A stretch of 64,000 bases of DNA. It comes from Eledone cirrhosa. Lineage: Eukaryota. Of the stretch, positions 24,801 through 36,561 are shown piece by piece. A program made the translations under genes and the position numbers. Location: the NCBI GenBank assembly GCA_964016885.1, contig OZ024745.1, positions 8,494,001 through 8,558,000 of the forward strand, read 5' to 3'. Below the pieces are notes generated by a model. It searched no databases, had not been told where the DNA came from, and worked only from the letters and a program-made list of their open reading frames with translations. Positions within the stretch are counted from its first letter, which is position 1. Every line of letters starts with the position of its first letter.

Positions 24801-25273
24801 GAGCGCTGCCGGTTCGAGATAAGCTCTACAGGCACGGAAGTGCCGTCAGCCGAACCTGTCCGAGATGCGCGCAGAGCGACGAAACCGTCGTGCACGCACT
24901 CGTTCAGTGCCCGAGCATTGCTGACTTGTGGAACTATGTCGAAAAGTTGCTGTCGCATGTAGGACTGATCTGGTTATCGACTAAGTCCATTGTGCAGATG
25001 GTCTCGCCGTCTTCCTTCGAGGAAGAAGGGCAGGCGGTTTTCATCTGCCTGGTGGCCATGGCGAAAGCGATTGTGTGGTGGATAAGGTTAAAAGGGTTAA
25101 AGACAGACACTTTCCTCTTCGGCGAATCCCTGATTAACTTTTTCAAGTTTCACTTGAAGAGGAAAATCAGGGTGGAGAGGCAAGTGCTGCCTTCTAGCAA
25201 GTTTGTTGAAAGGTGGGTGAATGTAGCGAGAATGGTCCGAGTGAACGGGACCGCTCTGAATATACGTCTGTAG
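21862..25273 (+). pseudogene. Tx1 copy 1 ORF2 (apurinic-type endonuclease, reverse transcriptase, Cys-rich C-terminus)
   Basis: SINARGL, GDWN, TDH, WKLN, KSPGLDG, FRPITLLN, DQSKAFD, AYADD, CPRC...ETVVHALVQC; frameshifts ~22070 and ~22340, stop at 24551. Confidence 0.92.
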
Positions 25274-25564
25274 TTTGAGAAATGGAAAAATTGAGAGAGG
25301 TCGCTTGCCCTGGTGGTTAGGGTGGCCGTGGTCTTTTGTGTGGTTTTCGCCACGAGTAACCCTCGGAGGTTTCCCCCCTATTGGGGAATTTTTCATTGTT
25401 TCAATTTTCATTTTTATTGTTTATATATATATATGTTTCTATGTCCTTTTTTTCTTTTCTTATATAAATAATAAAAATATTTACACGCGCAAAACCCACA
25501 TCGTACCGTCCTGTGCCGTCTGTAATGTTTTTCTTGATGTCAGCCCTTGTGGCCAATAAAGAAA

Positions 25565-25600
<36 letters not shown>

Positions 25601-25817
25601 GCGACCTACGTAGTAAATCGTATCATCGTGAGCTCCGCAAAGGTTTGTTTTTTTCAGTTATTTAAAATTGCCATTTATGGAAAAATTTTTATTGTTAACT
25701 ATATATAAATGCACATACATTGATTTCTGAAAAGGACACTCAAAAATATTGGGGCCTTGAGTCCAAAATTTACACTTTTTATAATTATCAAACAAAAAAA
25801 CTTTTGTTTGAAAAATA

Positions 25818-27710
25818 ATGGATGACTCAGATTCACTCCTTCCTCACAATCCAACACCACACCGACACCACCATTGTAAACATTGCTACGTTTGCCAACA
25901 CTGGAATTGTAAGCAGTAGCAATATTTTAATTTTGTCTCAGGCAGACGTTCATTTACCGCCATTACCAATGACTGCAGGTGTTAAAGCCGCCACCACCAC
26001 CACCGCGACAACCACCACCCCCACCACCACCACAGCGACAACAGAAACAAAAGAAAAAATAAATTAACTCATGATATCGAAATGAATTCAACCAAAATGA
26101 ACTCTTCCACACCGAACACCACTGACGCCACCACCACCACAACTGAAACTAAAATTAACAATAGCAAAAATAACGATAATAACAACAACAACAATGAAAT
26201 TAAGAAAATTACCCTGAGTTTTGCCAGAGTAACAAAATCGTGCGAAGCGATCCAGGTAACTCAGGAAGAATTAGACGAAACCAAAGGAATGGTAAAGAAA
26301 GATGGGTACAGGGTCAGCCCCCACCCACACACACCTAATGAAATGGAGCAACGTCGCCTAGCCTATGCACCGTGTCTTATCGGACAATAAACATAAAATC
26401 GCGTCGAGTGGAACGGGCATCTGAGTCCCAAATCCAAAAACCTTTGGGACATGTGTGGGGAAAAAAACCCAGAGAACACTCCATGGCCCCATTAAGAAGT
26501 GACGACTTCACACTCATCCCAAGCTATTGTGGCCAGAGACTTGTGAAGATCAGGGTGACCCACGTTCCACCGGCCATCGAAATTCCCTGGCTAATGGCTG
26601 CCGTCCTCGCCGGCATCGAGGCCAACACCAAAATAATAGAAATAGCAAAAGAAAAGCAGGAGAACTGGTCCGGATCTGGGATGGAGCTCCTGATCCAAGC
26701 GGACCATAAAAGCATTGAGGAGATCCCAGAGGTAATAGACCTCACTGACGGCAGCCACCTCACCGTAATCGTCGAGGGCAGAAGACCTAGGTGTGTCGTT
26801 TGTGGTGAAGGAACCCACCTAAGGGCTTTCTGACCTCAGGCTAAAAGGTTGAGGCCACCTCTCTTACCCACCCCAGTAACTCAACCATCAACACCACCAG
26901 CAGCAGAAATAGCAGCAACAAATGTAGCAGCAACAACAGAAGCAACTACAACAGCAACAACCCCAGCAACAGTAGCAAAACCAACATCACCACCACCCAA
27001 CGCCCCAGAACTAGCACCAGCGCCTACACCATCCACCACGCCACAACCAAAACCAACGCCTGTGGAGGATTTTCCATGCCCCGGCTTATCGCAACTGGAG
27101 ACAGATTGTGACGACGAGGAGTGGGAAACGGTATCAGGAAAAAAGAAAAAAAAGAAACCAAAAACGAAAAAATTCTCTTCCTTCCCCCTCAAAAAACAAA
27201 ATACAGAGGGAAACAAATAAATTATCGAACAAGAAAGTTAATACAGATATGCCACCATCCACACCAGCATCACCAACCCCATCACCACAAACACCAACAC
27301 CATCACCATCATTAACCCCAACACCACCATCACTAACACCACAAAAGTCACCAAAAAGCGTAACAGAAACAAACCCACAACAAACGCAAACAAAACAAAA
27401 CAACCAAAACGATACACACTACACAGCATTAAATTTGAACAACAACCAATTATTACACTACATGCAACACAACACCAGCATCACAGAAAAAGACTACACA
27501 ACAACCCAAAAGTTCACACCACCTCCACACATACGAATCACTCGCATCACACAGAAAACGTACACGACACTAAAACAAAAATTCCCCAAAGACATCGGAG
27601 ACTTCCGACAAACACTCTCCAGGAGGATTTATAAGGGCATCCTTCCGAAGGAGGCCACATGAAGTGAAAAGGATGGAAAAACCGTCCTTCCTCTACGAGA
27701 AGTAAGGTAA
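25818..27710 (+). pseudogene. Tx1 copy 2 ORF1 (divergent type, fragmented; start approximate)
   Basis: LSFARV..., VERASESQIQK, VEGRRPRCVVCGEGTHLRAF* homologous to the other ORF1s; several frameshifts and stops. Confidence 0.75.
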
Positions 27711-27744
27711 GTGGTCTTTCCCATCTTTTCCACTCCATTTCAAC

Positions 27745-30700
27745 ATGACCTCACTCAGAATAGGCAGCATAAATGCGCGTGGCTTGGGGTCGTCATGGAA
27801 GCAGGGCCACCTGCTCAACGACCTCAGGTCACTAAACATAGATGTAGTGGCCATCAGCGAGACCAGAATCTCCGAAGCACGGGCTTTCGCACCGAACTTC
27901 GGCGGCTACGATGTGTACGCATCTCCCTGCCGTCCGGGATCGGGGGGAGGAGTTGCTGTGCTTTTTCGGAGAGGTTTGGATCTCGCCTTACGGGCCATCT
28001 TCCTGGACACAGAAGGTAAGTTGGTGGTGCTAGACGTGACCAGCGGAGACGGGCAAGCTTTCAGGCTAGTGGCCGTCTATGCACCGACAGGAGCAGGCCG
28101 GCCTGATTTCTTCCGGTGTCTGGAGACCTTTCTTGGAACGTGCCGCTCTTTAGTGTTAGTGGGCGACTGGAACGTGATCTTAGATGCACGCTGGGACTTG
28201 TGGGATTAGCGGATAGGGGAGGAGGGTGCAAGAGCCTCACCAACCTGCTCAGGCGTTTTGAACTGTCTGACAGGTACCGATTGGATTTCCCGAGTGTGCC
28301 AATGTGGACTTGGACAAATCGCATAGGGTCATCCAAATCATATCTAGATAGAGTATTTTGTAGAGAAATAGATAGGTCTAGCATAGGCTGTCCACAATTC
28401 AAGATAGTCAGCTACACGGACCACAAATTCGTGATCTGTGTACTTGACTTAGATAGGCTTCATAGACGAGGACCCGGCTACTGGAAGCTAAACGCGTCCT
28501 TACCAGCGCGCAAGGCCTACAGAGACCGGATTAGCGAACTAGTTAAGCGGGCGTTGACAGGGGCCATCGTCAACAACAAGTGGTGATTTGCTCTGAAAAG
28601 AGCAATTAGAATAGAGTCCATTAGGTTTAGTAAGGCTTTAGCAATAGAGAAAAATAGAGCAGAGGGAGAATTAGTTAGAAAATTAGACGAGGCGCTTAGC
28701 AAAGGCATCGCGACCGACGTACTTGCGGCGAAATTGGCCCTTGACCAATTATTCAATGCAAAGCACGAAGGCTGCGTTGTCAGAGCAAGGGTGCGTGCTC
28801 TCAGACACGAGGGGACGAAAGCCGTTCAATGGGCCCGAGTGGCGGAGGCGCGTCGTGGCAACAAAGCCACGATCCGGTCTTTGGTGGACCACGACGGGCG
28901 CATGCTACTCGATCCCGGGAAAATGTGTGAAGCTTTTCAACGACACTTCGCTCAGTTGTTCGGGGGCAGCGGCGGGCCGGATCGAGGGATGGCCCTAAGT
29001 GTCTACCTCGACGGACTGCCGCGGCTCTCGGCCACTGAGGCGGAGTGTTGCGAAAAGCCGATAACAGCCGCTGAAGTACGGGAGGCAATGACTAGCTGCA
29101 CAAGGGGTAAATCGCCTGGTTTGGATGGTCTGCGCTATGAACTTTACGTACAGATGCCAGACTTGTTCGGAGGCCTCTTGGCGGACGTCTACTGCAACTG
29201 GCAACAGAACGGGAGAATTCCCAGCTCTGTGAGCCGAGGAGCTGTGGAGCTGCTGGGAAAGGATCCGAACAAGGGGGATAACATACATCATTTTAGGCCC
29301 ATAACTCTGCTAAACACAGAGTTCAAGATTTTGGCCAAGGTGCTAGCAAAGAGGTTGGCGCTTGTCGTTGGTGGTCTGGTGGGAGAGGCGCAGACATGCG
29401 CCATTCCCGACAGATCCATCCACGACAACCTCCACCTCATGCGATACATCGTAGAGAGGGTAGCTAGGGAACCTGGCACGAGTGGGTCTTTGATCAATTT
29501 AGATCAGTCGAAAGCTTTCGATAGGGTCGACCACCGTTACCTAGCGGCAGTCCTGAGGGCGGCTGGCTTTGGGCCCGTCTTCAGAGGCTGGATCGCTGCC
29601 ATGCACAGCGACATCTGCTCTGTGGTGAGAGTGAATGGTCACCTTTCAGAACCGTTCAACTTCATGCGCTCGGTCCACCAAGGATGTCCCCTCTCGTCCC
29701 TCTTGTACGTATTGACTCTCGAGCCATTACTGCACAAACTGGAGACGTTGAGGGGGGTCGCGCGCGAAATAGGATGCAGAAGATCCGTGTCAGCATATGC
29801 GGACGATGTCACCGTAGTGGTGTCGAACGCCAAACACATCGAGGCGATCGGCACTACACTAAGAGAATACGAAGCGGTGACAGGAGCAATGATCAACCAG
29901 GAAAAGTCAGTGGGCCTGCAGCTCGGCACCTGGAGAGGCAGGTCGATGCCGTCCAACAGCGTCGTCGGGAGCTGGACGGACGGAGCAGTTAAATTGCTCG
30001 GGGTCTGGTTCGGTCCGGATCTTCAGACGAACAAAAACTGGGACGAGGTGACGAGCAGGGTGGCTTCTCTCACCCAGAAATGGGCCGAGAGGAAGCTATC
30101 CCTGAAGGTGGCTAACGCGTATATCGTGTCCGTCATCTACTATCACCTGACCGTCGTACCTTGTCCTAAGCCCCGCCTGACTGCGCTGGAGCGTTTGCTC
30201 TTTCGCTTTTTGTGGAAGGGACGCGCTCCGATGGTCAGGTGGTCCATCTGCTGTCAACACCCGCTACGTGGAGGGCTGGGAATGCTGTGGCTGATGATGC
30301 GCAGACACGCGCTCAGGCTACGACATCTCCACCTCTTCCTCAACGGTGATTAGGTGTGGTCTCCGTTTGCTAGACACGTCTTTCCCCAGCTTGTCTCCTT
30401 GACGGAGCTGCAGTCCTGGGTCAAGCGAAGACCGAGAGGGAGCGCTTGGAGACTGGAATGTCTTCAGGCGCTTACAGCCCTCGACCAATCCGGTAATGTG
30501 ATCGGTGGAAACTCCACCTTGGCGTTCTATAGAGGATTAGTGGAGGGGAAGCGCGACGACGTACTTGGGGAAACTCTAGGCGTCGACGAAAATCAACTAG
30601 CCAATCTCTTCGGAAGAACTTTCGGGCCGAGGCCTATGGAGAACTTCCAGAAATCCCTGGCCTGGCAGTACTACCGAGGAGCTTTGCCGTTTCGGGATAA

Positions 30701-31151
30701 ACTCTACAGGCATGGAGGTGCCGTCAGCCGGGCATGTCCGAGATGCGCGCAGGGCGACGAAACCGTCCTGCACGCACTCGTCCAGTGTCCGAGCATTGCT
30801 GACTTGTGGGTTTATGTCGAACACCTGCTGTCGCGTGTGGGACGGATCCAGCTATCAGCTGAGTCCATCGTGGGGATTGCCCCGCCCTCTTCCTTTAGCC
30901 GGGAAGGGCAGGCAGTTTTTATGTGTCTGGTGGCCATGGCGACAGAGATAGTATGGTGGACACGTTTGAAAGGGCTGAAAACGAGCACTTACCTCTTTGG
31001 TGATGCCCTGATTAACTTTTTAAAATTTCATTTGAAAAGGAAAATCAGGGTAGAAAGGGAAGTGCTCTCTTCCCAGCATTTTGTTGAAAGATGGGTGAGA
31101 GAGGCAAGAATGGCCCGAGTGAATGGGCCTACTCTGAGTATGTGTCTGTAA
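27745..31151 (+). pseudogene. Tx1 copy 2 ORF2 (APE-RT-Cys-rich)
   Basis: Same motifs as copy 1; frameshift ~28198, stops at 28584 and 30351. Confidence 0.92.
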
Positions 31152-31626
31152 ATTAAAGGTGGAAAACTGGGAGAGGGCACTTGCCCTGGTGGTCAGGGTC
31201 ACTGTGGCTTTTTAATGTCCCTCGGAAGTCTCCCCCCTATTGGTGAATTTTTTCATTGTTCTATTATTACAGCCTCTGTTTCTTGGCTTTTTTTTCACGC
31301 AGAAATGCCCATTTGTACCGCCCTGTATTGTCCTGTACTGTGCTTAATGTCTACTTTATGTAAACCCTTGTGGTTAATAAAGAAATCATTATTATTATTA
31401 TTATTATTATTGAATGCTATGGTTGACGGAGGCTCGGCTCTGTAAGCTATCGTAAATTTTGACCGCTATAACAATTGTAAATTGTATAAAACTTTAACCA
31501 ACTTGTAGACAAAAACACCCTCCTCCTCGTGAGAGGGGTCTTTCTGTCCGTTATTTGGCCCTTCGGGGTTAAATAACCGCCTATTGGGGTTTTGTGCCCA
31601 ATATTTATTTTAAACAAAAAAACAAC

Positions 31627-33709
31627 ATGGCTACGAAAAAGAATTTTCATAGGTCACTCCCACTCATTCCGTCTTCTTCTTCCTCAATCGTCACTACAGC
31701 AGAGAGAAGATTGTCTCTCTCCCTCCCTTCTCTTTCGCAAGCGACGCCAGAAAAGAAAAATCTCGTGCAAAGCGAGCAAGATTTCTCCACGACGACGACG
31801 ACAACGACGAAACAGGTGTGCGGAAAATACGAAAACCCATTTCATTCGTCTGACGTCAGGAATAATAGCAGTAGCAGCCGTAATAACAGCAGCAACAGTG
31901 ACAAGGAAAACAACAGTAGCAGCCGCAACAGCATCAGCAGCAGCATAAACAACAACAGCATTAGCAGCAACAACAACAGCAGCTGCAGCAACAACAACAA
32001 CAAACACAGCAACAGCGGCGGCGGCAGTAGTCGTAGTACCTGCAGCAACAACAAAAGTAACAGCAGCTCTGACGACAACAACAACAACAACAGCAAAGAA
32101 AAACCAATCTCGTTTGCAGGTATCGCAAAGAACCTGGAAACCATCCTCATAACAAATGAGGAATTAGAGGAAGCGAAGAAGATGGTGACAAAAACTGGAT
32201 ACAGAACAATCTGCAAGGCAGCGGAAATATTTTTCGAAACCCAACAGCACTGTACGGTCACGTACCGTACAGTAAGTACAAAATCCCGTAGGGTGGAAAG
32301 AGCCACAGAGGCTCAAATACAAAAAGCCTTGGGGTCTGTGTGGCAGCGGAAAACGCACATCACCCGAGGCAAGAAATATGCCACCGTAGACGTACTTTTT
32401 GCCACACCCAAGGAGGCAAAGGCTCAATCCTTAGTGACCCTAAGGAGCGAGGAAATGGTGTTGGTGCCCTCCTACTGCGGGCAAAAAATTGTGAGGGTCA
32501 AACTGACCCACGTCCCCCCCCCCGGGATGGCCCCTTCTTGGGTGGCCGCGTCTGTCCTCGTCGGAATCGACGACAAAACAACTGTACTGCAAGTACAGAA
32601 AAAAGTAAGAGAAGATTGGGTCGGCACCTCCATTGAGATGTTAATCCAAACCAACCAGGAGTGCATCGAAGCTATCCCGGATGTGATAGACTTCGATAAC
32701 GGCACTCAACTGCCCATAAGTGTTGAGGGCAAACGCCCGAAATGCTTTCGCTGAGGATCGAAGACTCACCTCAGGGCCTTCTGCAACGAGAAGACCCTAA
32801 GAAAGGAGAAAACCCCCTCCTTCCGAAACCGGCTCCACGGCTACCAGCAACAGGACAAGCGGCAACCAGGAACGATAGGTTCGTGGCACCCATACTCACG
32901 CCACGGAAATCAAAAACAGCAGCAGCAGTGGAAGTATTAACAACAACAACAGCAATACCAAATGCAGCTGCAACAGAGACTCCAGGGCAAACATCACCAA
33001 CAACAACAAGTGAAAGAGTGGAGCTGGTACTCCTCCCCGACCTCACAGAATCAGACATGGAGTGTGAGGTGGGAGAGGGATGGCAAAAGGTCGTAAGAAG
33101 GCACAAACGCAGAAGCAGCGCATCGTCGCCTTTGAAAAGGGAGGAAAGAAATGAAAAAATCGTAAAGGCTACTGCAAAGAGACTCACAGCAGCAACACCA
33201 CCAACACCATCACCACCCACACTAGCACCACCATCACCACCGGCGACAACCCCACCGCCAACAACACCTTCAACACCACCACCACAAGCACCAACATCAC
33301 AAACACACACACCCAGCAAAAACGACAAGAAAATAGCAGAACCACACCCCACCCCCAGAAAAACAAATGCACGGCAATAAATACACACAACAAGAAACTA
33401 ATGACTTACATAATTGAACACACAGACATTTCACAACACGACTACATAATACCAGCACCAATCAAAACGCCAACTAACATAAGACTGCTAAAAATAGCAC
33501 AGAAACAATACACAAACATTAAAACGAAATTCCCCAACGCAGTTGGTGATTTCAGAGACCTAGGAGGGACACTCAACCGAAGAGTATATTCGGACATACA
33601 CATAGAAGAGCCGACGACCAGCCGAAGGGACGATTCAACGGTCCCTTCACCAGACGATCAAGTGAAAAGGGATGGAAAAACCATCCCTCCTCTACCAAAA
33701 GTACGGTAA
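31627..33709 (+). pseudogene. Tx1 copy 3 ORF1 (poly-Ser/Asn N-terminus, CCHC knuckle)
   Basis: ISFAGIAKNLE..., RATEAQIQKALG, KRPKCFR*GSKTHLRAFC; stop at 32752 and frameshifts. Confidence 0.8.
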
Positions 33710-33744
33710 GTGGTCTTTCCCATCTTTTCCACTCTATTTTAAAC

Positions 33745-36180
33745 ATGACCTCACTCAGAATAGGCAGCATAAATGCGCGTGGCTTGGGGTCGTCATGGAA
33801 GCAGGGTCACCTGCTCAACGACCTCAGGTCACTAAACATAGATGTAGTGGCCATCAGCGAGACCAGAATCTCCGAAGCACGGGCCTTCACACCGATCTTC
33901 GGCGGCTACGATGTGTACGCATCTCCCAGCCGTCCTGGATCGGGGGGAGGAGTTGCTGTGCTTTTTCGGAGAGGTTTGGATCTCGCCATACGGGCCATCT
34001 TCCTGGACCCAGAGGGTAAGTTGGTGGTGCTGGACGTGACCAGCGGAGACGGGCAAGCTTTCAGGCTAGTGGCCGTCTATGCCCCGACAGGAGCAGGGCG
34101 GCCTGATTTCTTCCGGCGTCTGGAGACCTTTGTTGGAACGTCCCGCTCTTTAGTGTTAGTGGGCGACTGGAACGGGATCTTAGATGCACGCTGGGACTGT
34201 GTGGGATTAGCGGATAGGGGTGGAGGGTGCAAGAGCCTCACCAACCTGCTCGGGCGTTTTGAACTGTCTGACAGGTACCGATTGGATTTCCCGAATGTGC
34301 CAATGTGAACTTGGACAAATCGTATAGGGTCATCCAGATCATATCTAGATAGAGTATTTTGTAGGGAAATAGATAGGTCTAGCATAGGCTGTCCACAATT
34401 CAAGATAGTCAGCTACACGGACCACAAATTTGTGATCTGTGTGCTTGACTTAAATAGGCTTCATAGACGAGGACCCGGCTACTGGAAGCTAAACGCGTCC
34501 TTACCAGCGCGCAAGGCCTACAGAGACCGGATTAGCGAACTAGTTAAGCGGGCGTTAACGGGGGCCATCGTCAACAACAAGTGGTGGTTTACTCTGAAAA
34601 GAGCGATTAGAATAGAATCTATTATGTTTAGTAAGGCTTTAGCAATAGAGAAAAATAGAGCAGAGGGAGAACTAGTTAGAAAGTTAGACGAGGCGCTTAG
34701 CAAAGGCATTGCGACCGACGGGCTTGCGGCGAAATTGGCCCTTGACCAATTCTTCAATGCAAAGCACGAAGGCTGCGTTGTCAGAGCTAGGGTGCGTGCT
34801 CTCAGACACGAGGGGACGAAAGCCGTTCAATGGGCCCGAGTGGCGGAGGCGCATCGTGGCAACAAAGCCACGATCCGGTCTTTGGTGGACCACAACGGGC
34901 GCATGCTCAACATCATGCGCTCGGTCCGCCAAGGATGTCCTCTCTCGTCGCTCTTGTACGTATTGACTCTCGAGCCATTACTGCACAAACTGGAGACGTT
35001 GAGCGGCGTCCCGCGCGAACTAGGATACGGAAGATCCGTGTCAGCATATGCGGACGATGTCACCGTAGTGGTGTCGAACACCAAACACATCGAGGCGATC
35101 GGTACTACACTAAGAGAATACGAAGCGGTGACAGGAGCAATGATCAATCAGGAAAAGTCAGTGGGCCTGCAGCTCGTACCGTCGTACCTTGTCCTAAGCC
35201 TCGCCTGACTGCGCTGGAGCGTTTGCTCTTTCGCTCTTTGTGGAAGGGACGCGCTCCGATTGTCAGGCGGTCCATCTGTTGTCAATACCCGCTACGTGGA
35301 GGACTGGGCATGCCGTGGCTGATGATGCGCAGACACGCGCTCAGGCTACGACATCTCCACCTCTTCCTCGACGGTGATTAGGTGTGGTCGCCGTTTGCTA
35401 GACACGTATTTCCCCAGCTCGTTTCCTTGACGGAGCTGCAGTCCTGGGTCAAGCGAAGACCGAGAGGGAGCGCCTGGAGACTGGAATGTCTTCAGGCGCT
35501 CACAGCCCTCGACCAATCGGGAAATGTGATCGGTGGAAACTCCACGCCGGCGTTCTATAGAGGATTAGTGGAGGGGAAGAGCGACGACGTACTTGGGGAA
35601 ACTCTAGGTGTCGGCGAAAATCAACTAGCCAATCTCTTCGGAAGAACTTTCGGGCCAGGGCCTATGGACAACTTCCAGAAATCTCTGGCCTGGTAGTGCT
35701 ACCGAGGAGCCTTGCCAGTTCGGGATAAACTCTACAGGCATGGAGGTGCCGTCAGCGGGAATGTACGAGATGCGCGCAGGGCGACGAAACCGTCCTGCAC
35801 GCACTCGTCCAGTGTCCGAGCATTGCTGACTTCTGGGTTTATGTCGAACACCTGCTGTCGCGTGTAGGACGGATCCGGCTATCATCTGAGTCCATCGTGA
35901 GGATTGCCCCGCCCTCCTCCTTTAGCCGGGAAGGGCAGGCAGTTTTTATCTGTCTGGTGGCCATGGCGAAAGAGATAGTATGGTGGACACGTTTGAAAGG
36001 GCTGAAGACGAGCACTTACCTCTTCGGTGATGCCCTGATTGACTTTTTCAAATTTCATTTGAAAAGGAAAATCAGAGTAGAGAGGGAAGTGCTCTCTTCC
36101 CAGCATTTTGTTGAAAGATGGGTGAGAGAAGCAAGAATGGCCCGAGTGAATGGGCCTACTCTGAGTATATATCTGTTAAT
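33745..36180 (+). pseudogene. Tx1 copy 3 ORF2, missing ~750 bp (at ~34908) and ~220 bp (at ~35177) of RT
   Basis: Nearly identical to copy 2 ORF2 but joins GRML directly to NIMRSVRQG; several stops. Confidence 0.9.
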
Positions 36181-36561
36181 TAAAGGTGGAAAACTGGGAG
36201 AGGGCACTTGCCTTGGTTGTCAGGGTCACTGTGGCCTTTTACTGGGCTTTCTCCACAAATATCCCTCCGAAGTCTCTCCCCTATTGGGGAATTTTTCTTT
36301 GTTATTTTATTACATCCTCTGTTTTTTTACACGCAGAAATGCCCATTTGTACCGTCCTGTATTGTCCTGTACTGTCCTTAATGTCTACTTTATGTAAACC
36401 CTTGTGGTTAATAAAGAAAACATTATTATTATTATGATTATTATTGTTACTATTATTATTACTTCTTTTTTTTCTTTTCCCAATTCAATGATGTTCCAAA
36501 ACAATATAAAAGAGATAATTGGCAATAAAGTTTCTGGAACAAAAGAGATAATTGTCAATAA

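Larger units (their letters stand above)
19634..25600 (+). mobile_element. Tx1/L1-clade LINE, copy 1 (full length, decayed)
   Basis: 5'UTR, ORF1 with CCHC knuckle, ORF2 APE-RT-Cys-rich, AATAAA plus (ATT)n tail. Confidence 0.9.
25601..31411 (+). mobile_element. Tx1/L1-clade LINE, copy 2 (full length, decayed)
   Basis: Starts directly after the (ATT)n tail of copy 1; same architecture; ends AATAAAGAAATC(ATT)n. Confidence 0.9.
31412..36463 (+). mobile_element. Tx1/L1-clade LINE, copy 3 (internal RT deletions)
   Basis: Starts directly after the tail of copy 2; ends AATAAAGAAAAC(ATT)n. Confidence 0.9.

Noticed and set aside
26831-32754. TGA at Cys positions of the ORF1 knuckle in Tx1 copies 2 and 3, suggesting selenocysteine
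   Set aside because: Different Cys positions in the two copies, single-base change from TGY, ORFs otherwise decayed, and no SECIS seen.
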